From: Ruditapes philippinarum
Taxonomy: Eukaryota
Length of the DNA stretch: 64,000 nt
Assembly (NCBI RefSeq): GCF_026571515.1
Contig: NW_026861730.1
Location: 186,001 to 250,000, forward strand
Direction of reading: 5' to 3'
Shown: positions 22,904 through 35,940 of the stretch, one piece after another
Layout: each line of letters opens with the position of its first letter
How positions within the stretch are numbered: position 1 is the first letter of the stretch
Translations under genes and position numbers: made by a program
The notes under the pieces: generated by a model
Databases searched by the model: none
What the model was told of the DNA's origin: nothing
The model's input: only the letters and a program-made list of their open reading frames with translations

Positions 22904-25090
22904 AAACGAATATGATATAAGATTATTTAAAAATAATTGCATGTTTAAAATATATTTGTACTTTTATTTCCTTTTCATTTTAGTTCTTGCACAATAATCT
23001 CATATGTATAAAAATAAGAACATTGAAATGTTTGCGTTTATGGAGAGACACATATTTTGTATTTTGTATTTAGTATGCGTCCAAACATTCAGACTGTGTT
23101 ATTAATGCATCATGGATTTTTTTCAATAAGATTCGGAGAAGTTCTACCTTACCGTTTCAGGACGACTTTTTATATCTTATTAATATCATAAACACATTTT
23201 CCACTGTCCGCTATACGCATTTACCGCACATACATATATAGAACATGCTTTGCAAATATTCCAAAATGTGATTACATTAATATGCTGTTTCTTATTTGTT
23301 TGGATTTTTTATTTTACAAGCGTTTTACCTTGAACGTTAGTTTTGCTTTAGTTCAAATCCAAATATTGTTTCTTCTGAGTTTTCCCTCTTTCGGATACGA
23401 TTTTGATGTGTTTTTACGTGATACTTCATATGTAGATCCGAAACCCGGAACCTGAATATGGAAATTTATAGTATTTTTATTTTCGTACTTATTGATTTAT
23501 TTTTTCAAATTGTATCCAAGATTTAGACAATTCAAGTATTATTTGATATATCTTAATTGAAAAAAAAATCGCTACTCCAGTTAAAGTGACTTGATAAGTA
23601 TTTATTTGATAATGAGACATAATTCAAAAGTGTTTCCTACTTTACGTTACTTTTGCTGTCCACAACAATTATTTGAAAATATTTAAACCTACATTTTAAA
23701 CAGCGTCATATAAGTAGTTCCGGATCACTAAAAAACCAGTATTTTTCCGTTTATTTATATTTACATACTTTTTTTAAACAGACATAATGTGATTTTTGTT
23801 CTTAAAATTTTTCATATTGTTTTAGATATTTAATATATGTGATTTTAGTGATTGGCTCCACATACTGTATGAACGTTGTCCTTAGTTGTTATTTTAAGAA
23901 AAGCTTCCATAGTTTCTGACATTCAAAAAAGCTATTTTGATTTGCAATAAATTTAAAGGCAATGAAGTGTTTATAACCCTGTGTTTAGTTATTGGTAATT
24001 GGATGAATATTTTAATACCGAGACAAAAAATACCAATGTTTTTTCGTTAAAGCGTGTGGCACATAAGCAAAATTATACTAAACCTTATTACTGCGGATAA
24101 ATACTTTAATAATAAAGTTTTTCTATAATGCATTGATCTAGTGTGTTAAATAATAGATGCATTTGTTGTTAAAATTCGCTCAAGATCTAAAGGAAACACA
24201 TACACATTGCTTGGCATGAGAGCTACGGAGATATTTAAAATACATTGAATTAATTTACACCATTGCTAGCAATAAATAATATTTTGTTTATTTTCGCTGT
24301 GATAAATACTTTATTAAACATATTTCCTTTAAACAATGTAAATATCAAAATTAACCATCAACAATCTTTACAAAGAAAATTTACGCTTAATCACTTGACA
24401 AATAGAATAATAACAGCACTCGCACACAAAATACTTTTTTGTTACAAGGACGTGAAAACCTTACAACAGTCGACCAATCGACTTTTGGAGACTTGCATGT
24501 CGACAAAATGTTAACTTTGTCTTTCGATCTCATGTTTTAGCATCGCGTGCTTCCTTTAATTCTTCTTTGTAACAAAATGTTATGTCTGATGAAAACATAT
24601 CTTATACCGTTGCTGTTAATTTAAGTGTAAAGATAGATACACTGAAATACACAAGCTCATTGAAGTCACATTGATCTGGACAGTCCTTAACTGGTTATGT
24701 TTGTTTTTGAAGTTACATGTAAAGACAAGCATATGGAAAGTTCTACTCATTACAATAATGTCATTCTTGAATTTTAAAGGAGTATTGCAAAATTAGTTGG
24801 TATTACTAAAATGTCAAAATTAAGACTTCAGTCAGAGATCTTTTTTCTATTGTCTTTGTTGTATCAATATCACACTTGTAATCAGACAGATTAAAGCACA
24901 TGACGTCAATTCGTTCGTCTAATGCTTGTGGTAAAGTTAGTTAACTGCGTTCAGCATCTCAGTTACATTATATTAACAGACAAAAATCACATACTTAGAA
25001 GAGATACATATGCTTTTAAACACTCTATCTACCCATATGTCACATACTGACATGGTCAACTCTGTAAAATATAAACGCTTGTTTTAATTC

Positions 25091-25388
25091 ATAGCAGTAG
25101 CCGACGTAGCCGTAGTAGAAGTAGTCGTAGTAGTAGTCGTAGAAGAAGTAGTAGTAGTAGTAGTAGAAGTAGTAGTAGTAGTAGTAGCAGCAGCAGCAGT
25201 ATAAGCAGTAGAAGTACAGTAGCACCAGTAGCAGTAGCAGCAGCAGCAACAGTAACAGCAGCAGCAGTAGCAGTAGCAGAAGCAGCAGCAGCTGTAGCAG
25301 GAGTAACAGTAGCAGTACCAGTAGCAGAAGTAGTAGTAGCAGTAATAGAAGCTGTAGCAGAATCAGGAGCTACAGCAACAGCAACAGC
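25091..25388. repeat. compound (AGT)n/(AGC)n microsatellite
   Basis: Directly visible; shorter paralogues at ~33878-34027 and ~41850-41992. Confidence 0.9.
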
Positions 25389-26450
25389 ATTTTATAATGA
25401 GTTTTTTTTCTGTCTCTGATAACTGTTTAAATTTTGACTCATTTTACAATTTTGGTCTTTAATCAAACCAAAAATGCGTACGGCATAATAAAAAAACATC
25501 AACAATGATAACACTGGTTTCAACAGTTATCAGAAATAGTGTTGCAATTTAAATATGAACCTTTTGTACTTACTTACATTTTTCTTAACACAACCTTAAT
25601 AAATTATACATAATAGTTTGACATACGGTACTTTTATATCTGTAGGTATATTAAATGTCCACAACCATCCAGAAAAATTTTGTATAAAGTTATTCATTCA
25701 CCACTATTTTATTAATTCTGAATTAAGCTAAACATATGAACGTACATAAAATAAAATTGACAGGATTAAAGATAGGTATATAACATGTTCGTGAAGTCAA
25801 TCTACTTTCTCTGATGTTGTATACAACAAAGACTCTATGCGGCTATTTCCTATCGTCTAACACCTGGCCATTAAATTTATATAATTCTTCCAGCAGTTGA
25901 CGTAATCTTCGAATATGCTTACCTAATATTTCCCACTGTTGATAAAAGTAATATGTTAACAACAAAAATAAAGTGAATGTTACATCTTTAAGATTGTTGT
26001 TTGTTTCCTTTACTCTCGAGGAATCATCCCTTCTCTAGTTTTTTTAATGTAAATGTGGAAATAACAAATTAAATTGGAAGATAGCATTGCCAGGTTGACA
26101 TTTACGGTTATTGATTTAAAACTTTTAGTATTCACCCTTGACTATACTGGTCAAAAGTCAAGTTACATTGATTCATTCATTGTCATATAAATATTTGTTT
26201 CCGTAAAAAAATGATTTTCTTGGAAACATTAGCAGATGAAATAAAGAGTTATTATATTTTCATATATTCGTATAGATTTTCTCTCATTGTTAATGGGTTT
26301 ATTATTGTAAAGTAAAAGTGTTTTGATAACAATTATATATGAAACTCGCCAGAGAGAACAGATATACTGTTAATAACACAATGGTACAAATTATCAAAAG
26401 AGTCGTGTGATGACAGTCGTGTATTTAATAGACGTACACTTTTCGTAAAC

Positions 26451-29400
26451 ATGGCCAAAGTGTGTATGGATTACCTCATCTTATCATTAGTTCTCATTGG
26501 AACTTTAAACAATGGTAATAAGATTAAGAAATAATCTTACTTTGGCTGTGTTTTTTTCTGAATTATTAGATTTCAACTAGCTTGACGTTGGTCAATGTCA
26601 TAAAATCACATTTGGTATTAAAATTATTTGACACTTCTTTCATTTAATATTTCTTAATTTTTGTTTTTCTAGTACATACAATGCTTATATTACATTTTAT
26701 AACAATTATGGCACCACGAAGGCTAACATAGCTTAAACAATACTTTGACCTTTTTTGACTGTACATAACTTTGATGTCGGACGTTCATAGCAACTATATT
26801 CTGCATTTTTATATTTGTCTTGTAGATTTTGTGGATTTGGCGACAAGAACAATCTGGTGCAAAGTTAAAAAAAATCTATTTATTAAATATTATGCTCTAT
26901 TACTATTTATTAAAATACGATCACATAAGTGAGTAAATGTGCATTTTAAACTATTGTAGACTTTTCAGTTAATATGGTCTTCACAAACGCCGTAAATATT
27001 AACTAGAGACGTTTTTCAAATGTAACGAACAAAAATCATCATTTTATATCAAAGGATGTTTGCAAATAACTTGAATCATATTTGTAATAATTTTCCAATG
27101 ATTTATGGAATGGAAGTACAATGCTTATCTCTAGCTTCTTAATTTTAACGAGATTATTTGAGAATTATTAAATTACACACTTTGACATTGTAAACGCTAC
27201 ATGTAGTGTAGTTTGATGGAACTACAATATTCAGATAGTTATATAGACAGAACAGTTTTAATTTTCGAAGGTAATTTAATAACAATTCACATTTCACGAA
27301 AGAAAATACTTTTGCTCCTACTGATTTCTGTAAACCACACATTAATTTTTGTAGTTTAATACTAACACAGTCCTTTAGGATTGATTTTTGTAATAACGGC
27401 AGACTACGGTATCGAAGCGTACCGGTATAAAGAAAGCTGTGTTTTTCCATTTATTTTACACAGTTTGTTCTGAGCAATGGTCATATTTCCATGATGGCTG
27501 TCAGACGCCGTACGGAAGAATTGGTTTGCTGTACAATCTATTTCTGTCACACTGCACAGCCGACTGCAACGCTTATACAAAAATGCACGGTGTTCGGATA
27601 TTCATCTTCGGACAAAACATGTTTTTTATTCGACGAAACCTTTTCGACAGCGACCACTGAATGTTCACTAAAGACGGTCATGTACTATAAAGTTGGCGAT
27701 TTTGTCGGAAGTCCGAAAAACGGTACAAATATATATCAGTTGTATTGCACCCTGCATTTATGATTTAATCACCACTCACAAAAACCCTTAATGTCTTACA
27801 CACGTATATAACTTAAATTTGTAAGTTTCGAACATGTAACATGATAATGACAATTGAAAGGGGTCAGTGCAAGAAGGTACCTAACTCTAGTATAGGATAA
27901 AATTGAGTTAGGACTTTGTGATTAAAAGAACGTTTTTTGGAATTGGAATAACCTTCCTTTGTCACTCACCTCTGTGTTTTTAAGGTGAAAATGGTTCTTG
28001 AATAATCTAAACGAAGGTCCTAAGTCCGGTGGTGGAGTTGGTACCTTTGTTACATTTACTCTATCCATGTGCTTTTGATTTGAGGCAAAACTATATGAAA
28101 AAAATATAATTATATTTTAATTTTATGTCAATGTATTCATGAAACTTTACAAAATAATGTTTTTTTCTATGTCTTGTCAAAATAATTTGCAGAAAAACTT
28201 ATTTGTTTAAAAAATGTTACAAATCTTATAATGTGTATTTTGTGTTCATGGAGATAGAACTTTTGTTGCACATTTACCATATTAATTCCTTTTTCACATT
28301 ATGCATTAAGACATTTAAGTCTTACATATATTTTTAGAGATTGTTTTACTTTTCGAGTTAATATAATGTTTTCATATTCTTAGATATTGAAACTATATAT
28401 AAAGCTAAAGCTTATGTATTTCATATTATTTTAACTTTGGTCATTTTAATGTAGTCTAATGAAACTATTTTTGTTACAGTTTCTTTACGCAATATTTTGA
28501 AATTTTCTGTGTTTGTAGTTAGCACATGAAATATTCTGAACTATTGAAAGTAAAACTTTTATTCGTAACCATTATACTTATACATTGTACTGGTTTGTAT
28601 GTTAAAGCTTTGCTTCTTTCTATGAGGAATATATGATTAAAACTCATATTTTTTTGTTTAGTTTCCTGTAGTCAGTCAATTAATTAAATTATTGATTGTC
28701 AAAAATTCATACATTTATCAACTAAAGCATGTGTAACGTAAACTATACAATTAATGGTTTGTTTGATAGGCCCTTAGATTTTTAAAACTTAATATTCATC
28801 TGCAACACATTTAGAGTAATATGATAACCTTTTATTTGATAGAAAAGTTGAAAAATATATAAAATGAAAGGTCAAAAACTTTATGCAATTGTTTCAAAGT
28901 TACAAAGGTCTTAACTCCATAGGATTTAGAACCGTTTTTGCATAAGCACATTTGATAAATATCGCTTTTCATTTCATGAAATAGTTGAAAATTGTGTAAA
29001 ACATGCAACTATGGTTTCAAATGTTTTTTTTATTTATAACATTACTTAGTAGTGAATTAAATATCATTTAAAACTAAAATTTAATAAATTTTTAATAAAA
29101 TCCCCTTTTTCTCAAAATAATGTTGAATAACGTTATGTACCATCTTGCACTGGCCAAATATTAAAAGATCTAACCTACTAAACTATTATTTATTATTCGT
29201 ATTGAACTAAAAGAATATATATTACAATAACAACACGTCATTTTAGTAGGTTAGACTTTTTAATATTTGGTGTTGTATAACGAATTAAAACGTACGTTTT
29301 GTGCTACTGTTATTAATATTTTTTTAATTCATTTAGTTTACAGAATAAAATTATACATTGAAAATCATATAAAATATGTAAATGAGCAAAATACATGTAT

Positions 29401-30604
29401 TATTTATAAAATTAATGTTAAGTTTCACTGTAACATCAACCAAGCTGACGAAATAATGTTTCATAAAAAACAAGCACATTTTTAAACCAAAGCACATTTT
29501 GACAAAAGTAGTGAACATATATATGCTTTAATTGTAGCTGACTGTGGTAATATCACTGGTTATACCTACGTGACGTCATTACATAAATGTATACGCTACA
29601 AATCCTCCAACAGACTCTCATGGAACGATGCGAAGGAAGATTGTGAAAAGGAAGGGAGCCATCTAATCTACGTGAAAACAAAGGCGGTGCTCGATTACAT
29701 CCAGGGCTTTCGAGAACAACGTTGGTGTTCTTTTTATTTATATATATGTATATTTCTTAATTTTATTTTTTATTTAAACACTTGCTAACTTGAGCGATTT
29801 TCAGATTAAAATGTTCCATTGTTCTTCCTAATGGAATATGTAAAACTTCTTTTCATGTTTCTCGGGTCTGCTAACTTGATTGTGATTAGCTAGTATTTTA
29901 AAACATTAAAAACATAAACATACTTAAATATATCAAATGGCAAAACAAAAGACTTACTGATGCTTGCACTATTAAGTGTTGAGAATTGAGTACCGCTCGT
30001 AGGGCCCAACTTTGTCCGGTGCTAGGGGGCGTGAGGGATGTTGCACCTACTCATTATCCCTCATGTACAGGCTCAATCAAACCGAGTCTGCAATTCTTAT
30101 GTTATTTTGTTGTGATTAAAGCTTCCGAGGGATCACTTTGTTTCAGATTTTTTTTCTGAAATAACATGTAACATCTATTGGATAAACATTCATTTGAATC
30201 TTTGTTTTATAAGACTCCGAATTTTGTAGTCATTTGTTTACAACTTTAAAACAATAGTTTAACAGCTTTGCAAAAATGATTGTCCATTGGCATCTTTTAC
30301 GTAAATGCTGGGGGTGTTTTTGCTATTGTTGTTGTTGTATTTTTCGTTTACAGACGATACCAAATATTGGATTGGCGGTAAGCAGTCGGCAGTTGGTTCA
30401 AATACATTTGAATGGTTGTCAGGGGAACCAATAGATGAGTCAAATGGAGGAAACCTCTGGTTGGAAGGACGACCAGCGGTGGACAGTCCAACTGATAATT
30501 ATTGTATAGAAACAAAAGCTTCAAGTGATAGAAAGTCATTCGGATTATTTGACAGGCAATGCGATTATAGACATCGATTTTTCTGCGAAGTGGACATCCT
30601 TTAA
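26451..30604 (+). pseudogene. PAN-CTLD lectin copy 2 (single +1 frameshift; pseudogene or assembly indel)
   Basis: Exons 26451-26514, 27464-27722 (259 bp instead of 258; extra A in run 27579-27583, stop at 27658-27660), 29538-29720, 30354-30604. ATG, splice sites and other exons intact. Confidence 0.75.
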
Positions 30605-31799
30605 TAGCAAATATGATATAAGATTATTTCAGAATAATTGCATGTTTAAAATATATTTGTACTTTCATTTCCTTTTTATTTCAGTTCTTGCACATTAGTC
30701 TCATATGTATAGAAATAAGAACAATGAAATGTTTGCGTTTTTCGAGAGATGCATATTTTGTACCTAGTGTGTCCAGACATTCAGACTGTGTAATAAATGC
30801 ATCATGGATTTTTTTCAATAAAATTCGGAGCATTTCTACCTTTCCGTTTCAAGACGACTTTTTATATCTCATTAATATCATAAACATATTTTTTCACTGT
30901 CCGCTATACGCATCTACCGAACATACAAAGAACATGCTTTCCAAATATTCCAAAATGTGATTACATTAATGTGCTGTTTCTTATTTGTTTACAAGCGTTT
31001 TACCTTGAACGTTTGTTTTGCTTTAGTTCAAATCCCAAATATTGTTTCTTCTGTGGATTCTCTCTTTTGGATACGATTTTGACATGATAATACATCATAT
31101 AGATTCAAAACCCGAATATGGAAATTTATAGTGTTTTTATTTTCGTATTTATTGATTTTTTTTTCTTTCAAATTTTATCCAAGTTTTAGACAATTTAAGT
31201 ATTATTTGATATATTTAATTTGTTCAAAGTCCATTGAAAAAATTACGCTGCTCCAGTTAAAGTGATTCGTTTATAGACTTGATAAGTATTTACTTGAAAT
31301 GTGCTTACCTTCCAATGAGACATTATTCAAGTGTTGTTTCTTACTTTACGTTACTTTTGCTGTCCTCAACAATTATTTAAAAATATTTAAACATGCAATT
31401 TAAACAACGTCATATAAGTAGTTTCGGATCACTCAAAAACCAGTTTTTCTCCGTTTATATATACATTGTATATATACATACAAACATAATGTGATTTTCT
31501 TTCGTAAACTTTATCGATTGTTTTAGATTTTTAATATATGTGATTTTGGTGATTGGCCACACATACTGTATGAACGTTGTCCATAGTTGTTATTTTTAGA
31601 AAAGCTTCCATAGTTTCTGACATTCAAAAAAAGCTACGTTGACTTGCAGTAAATTTAAAGGCAACGAAGTGTTTATAACCCTGTGTTTAGTTATTGTTAA
31701 TTTGATGAATATTTTACCAATGTTTTTTTACGTTAAAGCGTGTGGCACATGCACAAAATTATATTTAACCTTATCACCGCGGATAAATTCTTTGATACT

Positions 31800-31846
31800 G
31801 TTTTTAGCTCGACTATTCAAAGAATATGAAAGCTATTGTAGTTGCC

Positions 31847-31877
<31 letters not shown>

Positions 31878-32902
31878 TGCGTTGGTTAAAGTTTTTTGTA
31901 AAGTCAAATATCTCAATTATTGCTTGAGATATTCAATTGAAACTTACAATACTTATTTATAGTAACAAGGTACATCAGATTAACAAGTTGGATAACTCTG
32001 CCTACAATATTGACAGAAAAATGCCCCTTTTAACTTAGAGATTTTGGTTAAAGTTTTTTTGTAAAGTCAAATATCTCAATTATTGCTTGAGATATTCAAT
32101 TGAAATTTACAATACTTTGTTATAGTAACAATGTACATCAGTGTGCAAAATTGCATAACTCTGCCAACAATATTTGCAGAATTATTTGCCCCTTTGAAAC
32201 TTAGAATTTTTGGTTAAAGGTTAAAGGTCTTCAAAGATATTTACTTAAAACTTTACACATGTACTTAGGGTCATAATTGGAGGGTCAAAATTTTATGTCA
32301 CTGACCAAGTTCCATAACTCTATCTTGCATTAAGGCTGATTCATATCCCCTTTTCTACTTAGTCTCTTGGTTAATGTTTACATGCAAGTTTTATTTATCT
32401 CAATAACTATTAAAGATATTTATTTAAAACTTCACATATGCATTTAGAATCATAATTGTAGGTCACTGACCAAGATCCATAATTCTATCTTGCATTAAGG
32501 CTGATTTTTCTCCCCTTTTTCAACTTAGAAATTCATGGTAAAGTTTTGCTTGTTAGCTGTTATCTCCATAACCACTGAAGGGTTTGTGCCTTTTTTGGGA
32601 CAATTTTATGCATTCATAATAATAAATGCAGTGATTTACTTGATAAAACACCTTTGTACCTTTTCTGTCAATTTTATGTATTCATAGGTAATTAGTATTG
32701 TTATACTCAATAAAACACCCTTGTGACAACCTTCCGAATAGTCAAGCAAATACTGTATACTTAGACTCTCTCTAAGGCCTATAACATGAATTTATAAAAA
32801 AATAGTCCTATTGTGAACTTAGAAAATTTAACATTATCAAGGCTCTTTTACTATCAAGAACTTAGAATAGTCGAGCGTGCTGTCCTACCGACAGCTCTAG
32901 TT
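31800..32902 (+). mobile_element. HINE with (GGCGTC)n and internal tandem repeats
   Basis: tttttagctcgactattc ... gaatagtcgagcgtgctgtcctaccgacagctctagtt; ~165-bp units. Empty site in the paralogue at ~24118 (agtttttctataatgc). Confidence 0.85.
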
Positions 32903-35246
32903 CTATAATGCATTGATCTAGTGTGTTAAATAATAGATGCATTTGTTGTGAAAATTCGCTCCAGATCTGAAGGAAACACATACACATGGCTTGACATGAC
33001 AGCTACGGAGATATTTAAAATACATTTAATTCACACCATTACTAGCAATAAATAATATTTTGTTTATTTTCGCTGCGATAAATACTTTATCAGACATATT
33101 TTCCTTTAAACAATATAAGTATCAAAATTAACCATCAAAATATTTACAAAGAAAATGTATTTTAAATCAATTGACAAATAGAATAATAACAGCACTCGCA
33201 CACAAAATATTTTTTGTTACAATGACGTGAAAACCTTACAACAGGCGAACAGTCGACTTTTGGAGACTTGCATGTCGACAAAATGTTAAACTTGTATTTC
33301 GATCTCATTAATTTCCCTGTATTTTTTAGCATCGCGTGCTTCCTTTCATTTTCTTTGTTATGTCTGATGAAAACATATCTTATACCGTTGCTGTTAATTT
33401 GAGTGTAAAGATAGATGCACAGAAATACACTCTGATCTAGACAATCCTTTACTGGTAATGTTTGTTTTTGATGTTACAAGTAAAGACAAGCATATGGAAA
33501 GTTCTTCTCATTAAGATTATGTCATTCTTGCATCTTAAAGGAGTAATGCAAAATTAGTAGGTATAACTAAAATGTCAAAATTAAGACTTCAGTCGGAGAT
33601 CTTTTATATATTTGTTATTTTGTCTATATCACACTTGTAATTAGACAGATTAAAGCACAAAATGTCAATTCGTTTGTCTAATGCTTGTGGTTAAGTTAGT
33701 TAACTGCTTTCAGCATCTCAGTTAATAATATTTACAGACATTAGATCCTGGAATAGACAAAAATCACACATACTTCAAATATAGAAAAGATACATATGCT
33801 TTTAAACACTTTATCTACCCATATGTCACATATTGACAAGGTCAAATCTGTAAAATATAAACGCTTGTTTTAATTCATAGCAGTAGCCGACGTAGCAGTA
33901 GCAGACACAGCAGTAGCAGTCGTAGTAGTAGTCGTAGTAGAAGCAGTAGTAGCAGCAGCAGCAATAGCAGCAGCAGCAATAGCAGTAGCAGTAGTAGTAG
34001 CAGAATCAGAAGCTACAGCAACAGCATTTTATAATGTTTTTTTTTTTGTCTCTGATAATTGTTAAATTTTGACTCATTTTACAAATTGGGTCTTTAATCA
34101 AACCAAATAGCGTACGGCATAATTAAAAAAAACATCAAAAATGTTAACACTGGTTTTAATAGTTATCAGAAATAGTGTTGCAATTTAAATGTGAAGCTAT
34201 TTGTACTTGCTTAAATTTTTTTTAACACAACCTGAATAAATTATACATAATAGTTTGGCATATGGTACTTTTATATCTGTAAGCACCTAAGAGCCTTTCC
34301 TGATAAGACATTCAAATTATTACATAAACATTAATGATGTTAACTGATATAAGAGACATCATTTAAGTAGGCGAGGGTAGATTTATGACGGTATTTTCAT
34401 GGTGTTTAAATTGAATCTTGGTGTTAAACATTTCAGCAAAGTATCGCTTTAGGAAAATGTAACAAAAACATGACTGATTCATTGTCGTAATTACAAAATT
34501 TCAGCAGAGCTCTGGAGAATTATAATTAGTGACGTTTATTTGTTATTCGTTAAAGTAATCACGCTTTTACAATTGAACAATAGCTAAGCCGTAGAAGATG
34601 AACGATTAATGCAGTGAAAATACTCATTATAACGTAAACAGTGTAAGAAAATCAATAATTTTTCATTTTCTGGCAGCAATATTTCACTGATTATAAACGT
34701 GTCAGATTAAAATACTTATACATGTATTATAAAAATGAATATTTACAAATAAAGTAGATACAATATATAGTTCATGCAAGTAAAACACACAATTTGCACA
34801 ACATTCAGCTTGGTACAGCAAATATGCGACAAATAAATGTTCAATATGCAATTGCTAAAGGTTACAAAATACGACAATGTAATATACAGAAAATTATACG
34901 GCTTATATTAATATGTTCATTGTATATATTAATATGCACACATCTACAGTAACCTGTACTGCACAAGTCTACCATTACCTGTACAAGACTACCTCAACAC
35001 TACAGGCCAACATTAACATATACAAATAAATTTAATAACTTCAGATCACCATTCACAATTCCATTTTATGTAGTTCCGCTCATTGTTTTCTCATTTAGGG
35101 CAGACACATTCTCTTACTTGGGAACCATACGTCACTGGTCATGGAATGGCATGAAAGTGTCACATTGAAGGTTCCATGATTATCGCCACAATTGCATTAA
35201 AATGGACAAGTCTAAGCTAACATGTAACAACAAATAAGATAAATCT

Positions 35247-35412
35247 AAAATTAATATGCATAAATCTACACTACACTAAAATGTTCAAGTCTACTTTAAA
35301 ATGCACAAGACAACATTAAAATATACAATATAAAATTAATATGCATAAATCTACACTACACTAAAATGTTCAAGTCTACTTTAAAATGCACAAGACAACA
35401 TTAAAATATACA
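35247..35412. repeat. exact ~85-bp tandem duplication
   Basis: taaaattaatatgcataaatctacactacac...aaaatataca twice; single copy in the paralogue at ~43210-43290. Confidence 0.85.
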
Positions 35413-35711
35413 TATACAATACAACATTAACAATTAACATATACCAAACAGCATAAACATATTCAAGACACCATTAACAGATACAAAATAGCATAAACAT
35501 ATACAAGACAACATTGAAATATACATGACGTTATTAACATTGACGCCTTACACCGACTCAACGACTCCAGCATATTCACTATAGATATTTTTACAGAAAA
35601 ATGCCAGAGTTAAAATACATAATTATTCGTTGGACTAGTATATCCGATTACCGTCACGGTAATGAGGCGTCTCGTGACATATTGTACTGTATAGTCCTCT
35701 ATAAAATCTAA

Positions 35712-35940
35712 AGGTTTACTGGTACGAAACCCAGGTAATCCTCGCATGTATCAGTGCTATTCACTGGGAATGTAAAAGAATCAAGGAATCTATTCAATAA
35801 GAGCTAGGGACTGGTACCCGGATTTCCTTGTATCTCATAGCTGTCTCTACAGTCTGTTGAGGTAAGGACCCTACTGTAAATAAATGCTTGCACTTTCGTA
35901 GGTTATACTTGACCGCCCGGTCTAAAGAAAATCAATCAAT
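35712..35940 (+). mobile_element. probable 5'-truncated retroposon in the palindrome spacer (also ~43775-44003)
   Basis: Locally GC-richer segment starting tactggtacgaaacccagg and ending in an (AATC)n tail. Confidence 0.4.

Noticed and set aside
22731-22997. ORFs overlapping lectin exon 4/3'UTR in alternative frames (also 40704-40967, 55412-55648, 40617-41090)
   Set aside because: Alternate or antisense frames of the CTLD exon; recurrence reflects DNA duplication only.
25040-25249. Poly-Tyr/Cys/Leu ORF
   Set aside because: Translation of the (AGT)/(AGC) microsatellite; length not conserved in paralogues.
35098-35170. Possible exon (tttag|GRHILLLGNHTSLVMEWHESVTLK|gt)
   Set aside because: Weak donor, no partner exons, and indels in the inverted paralogues.
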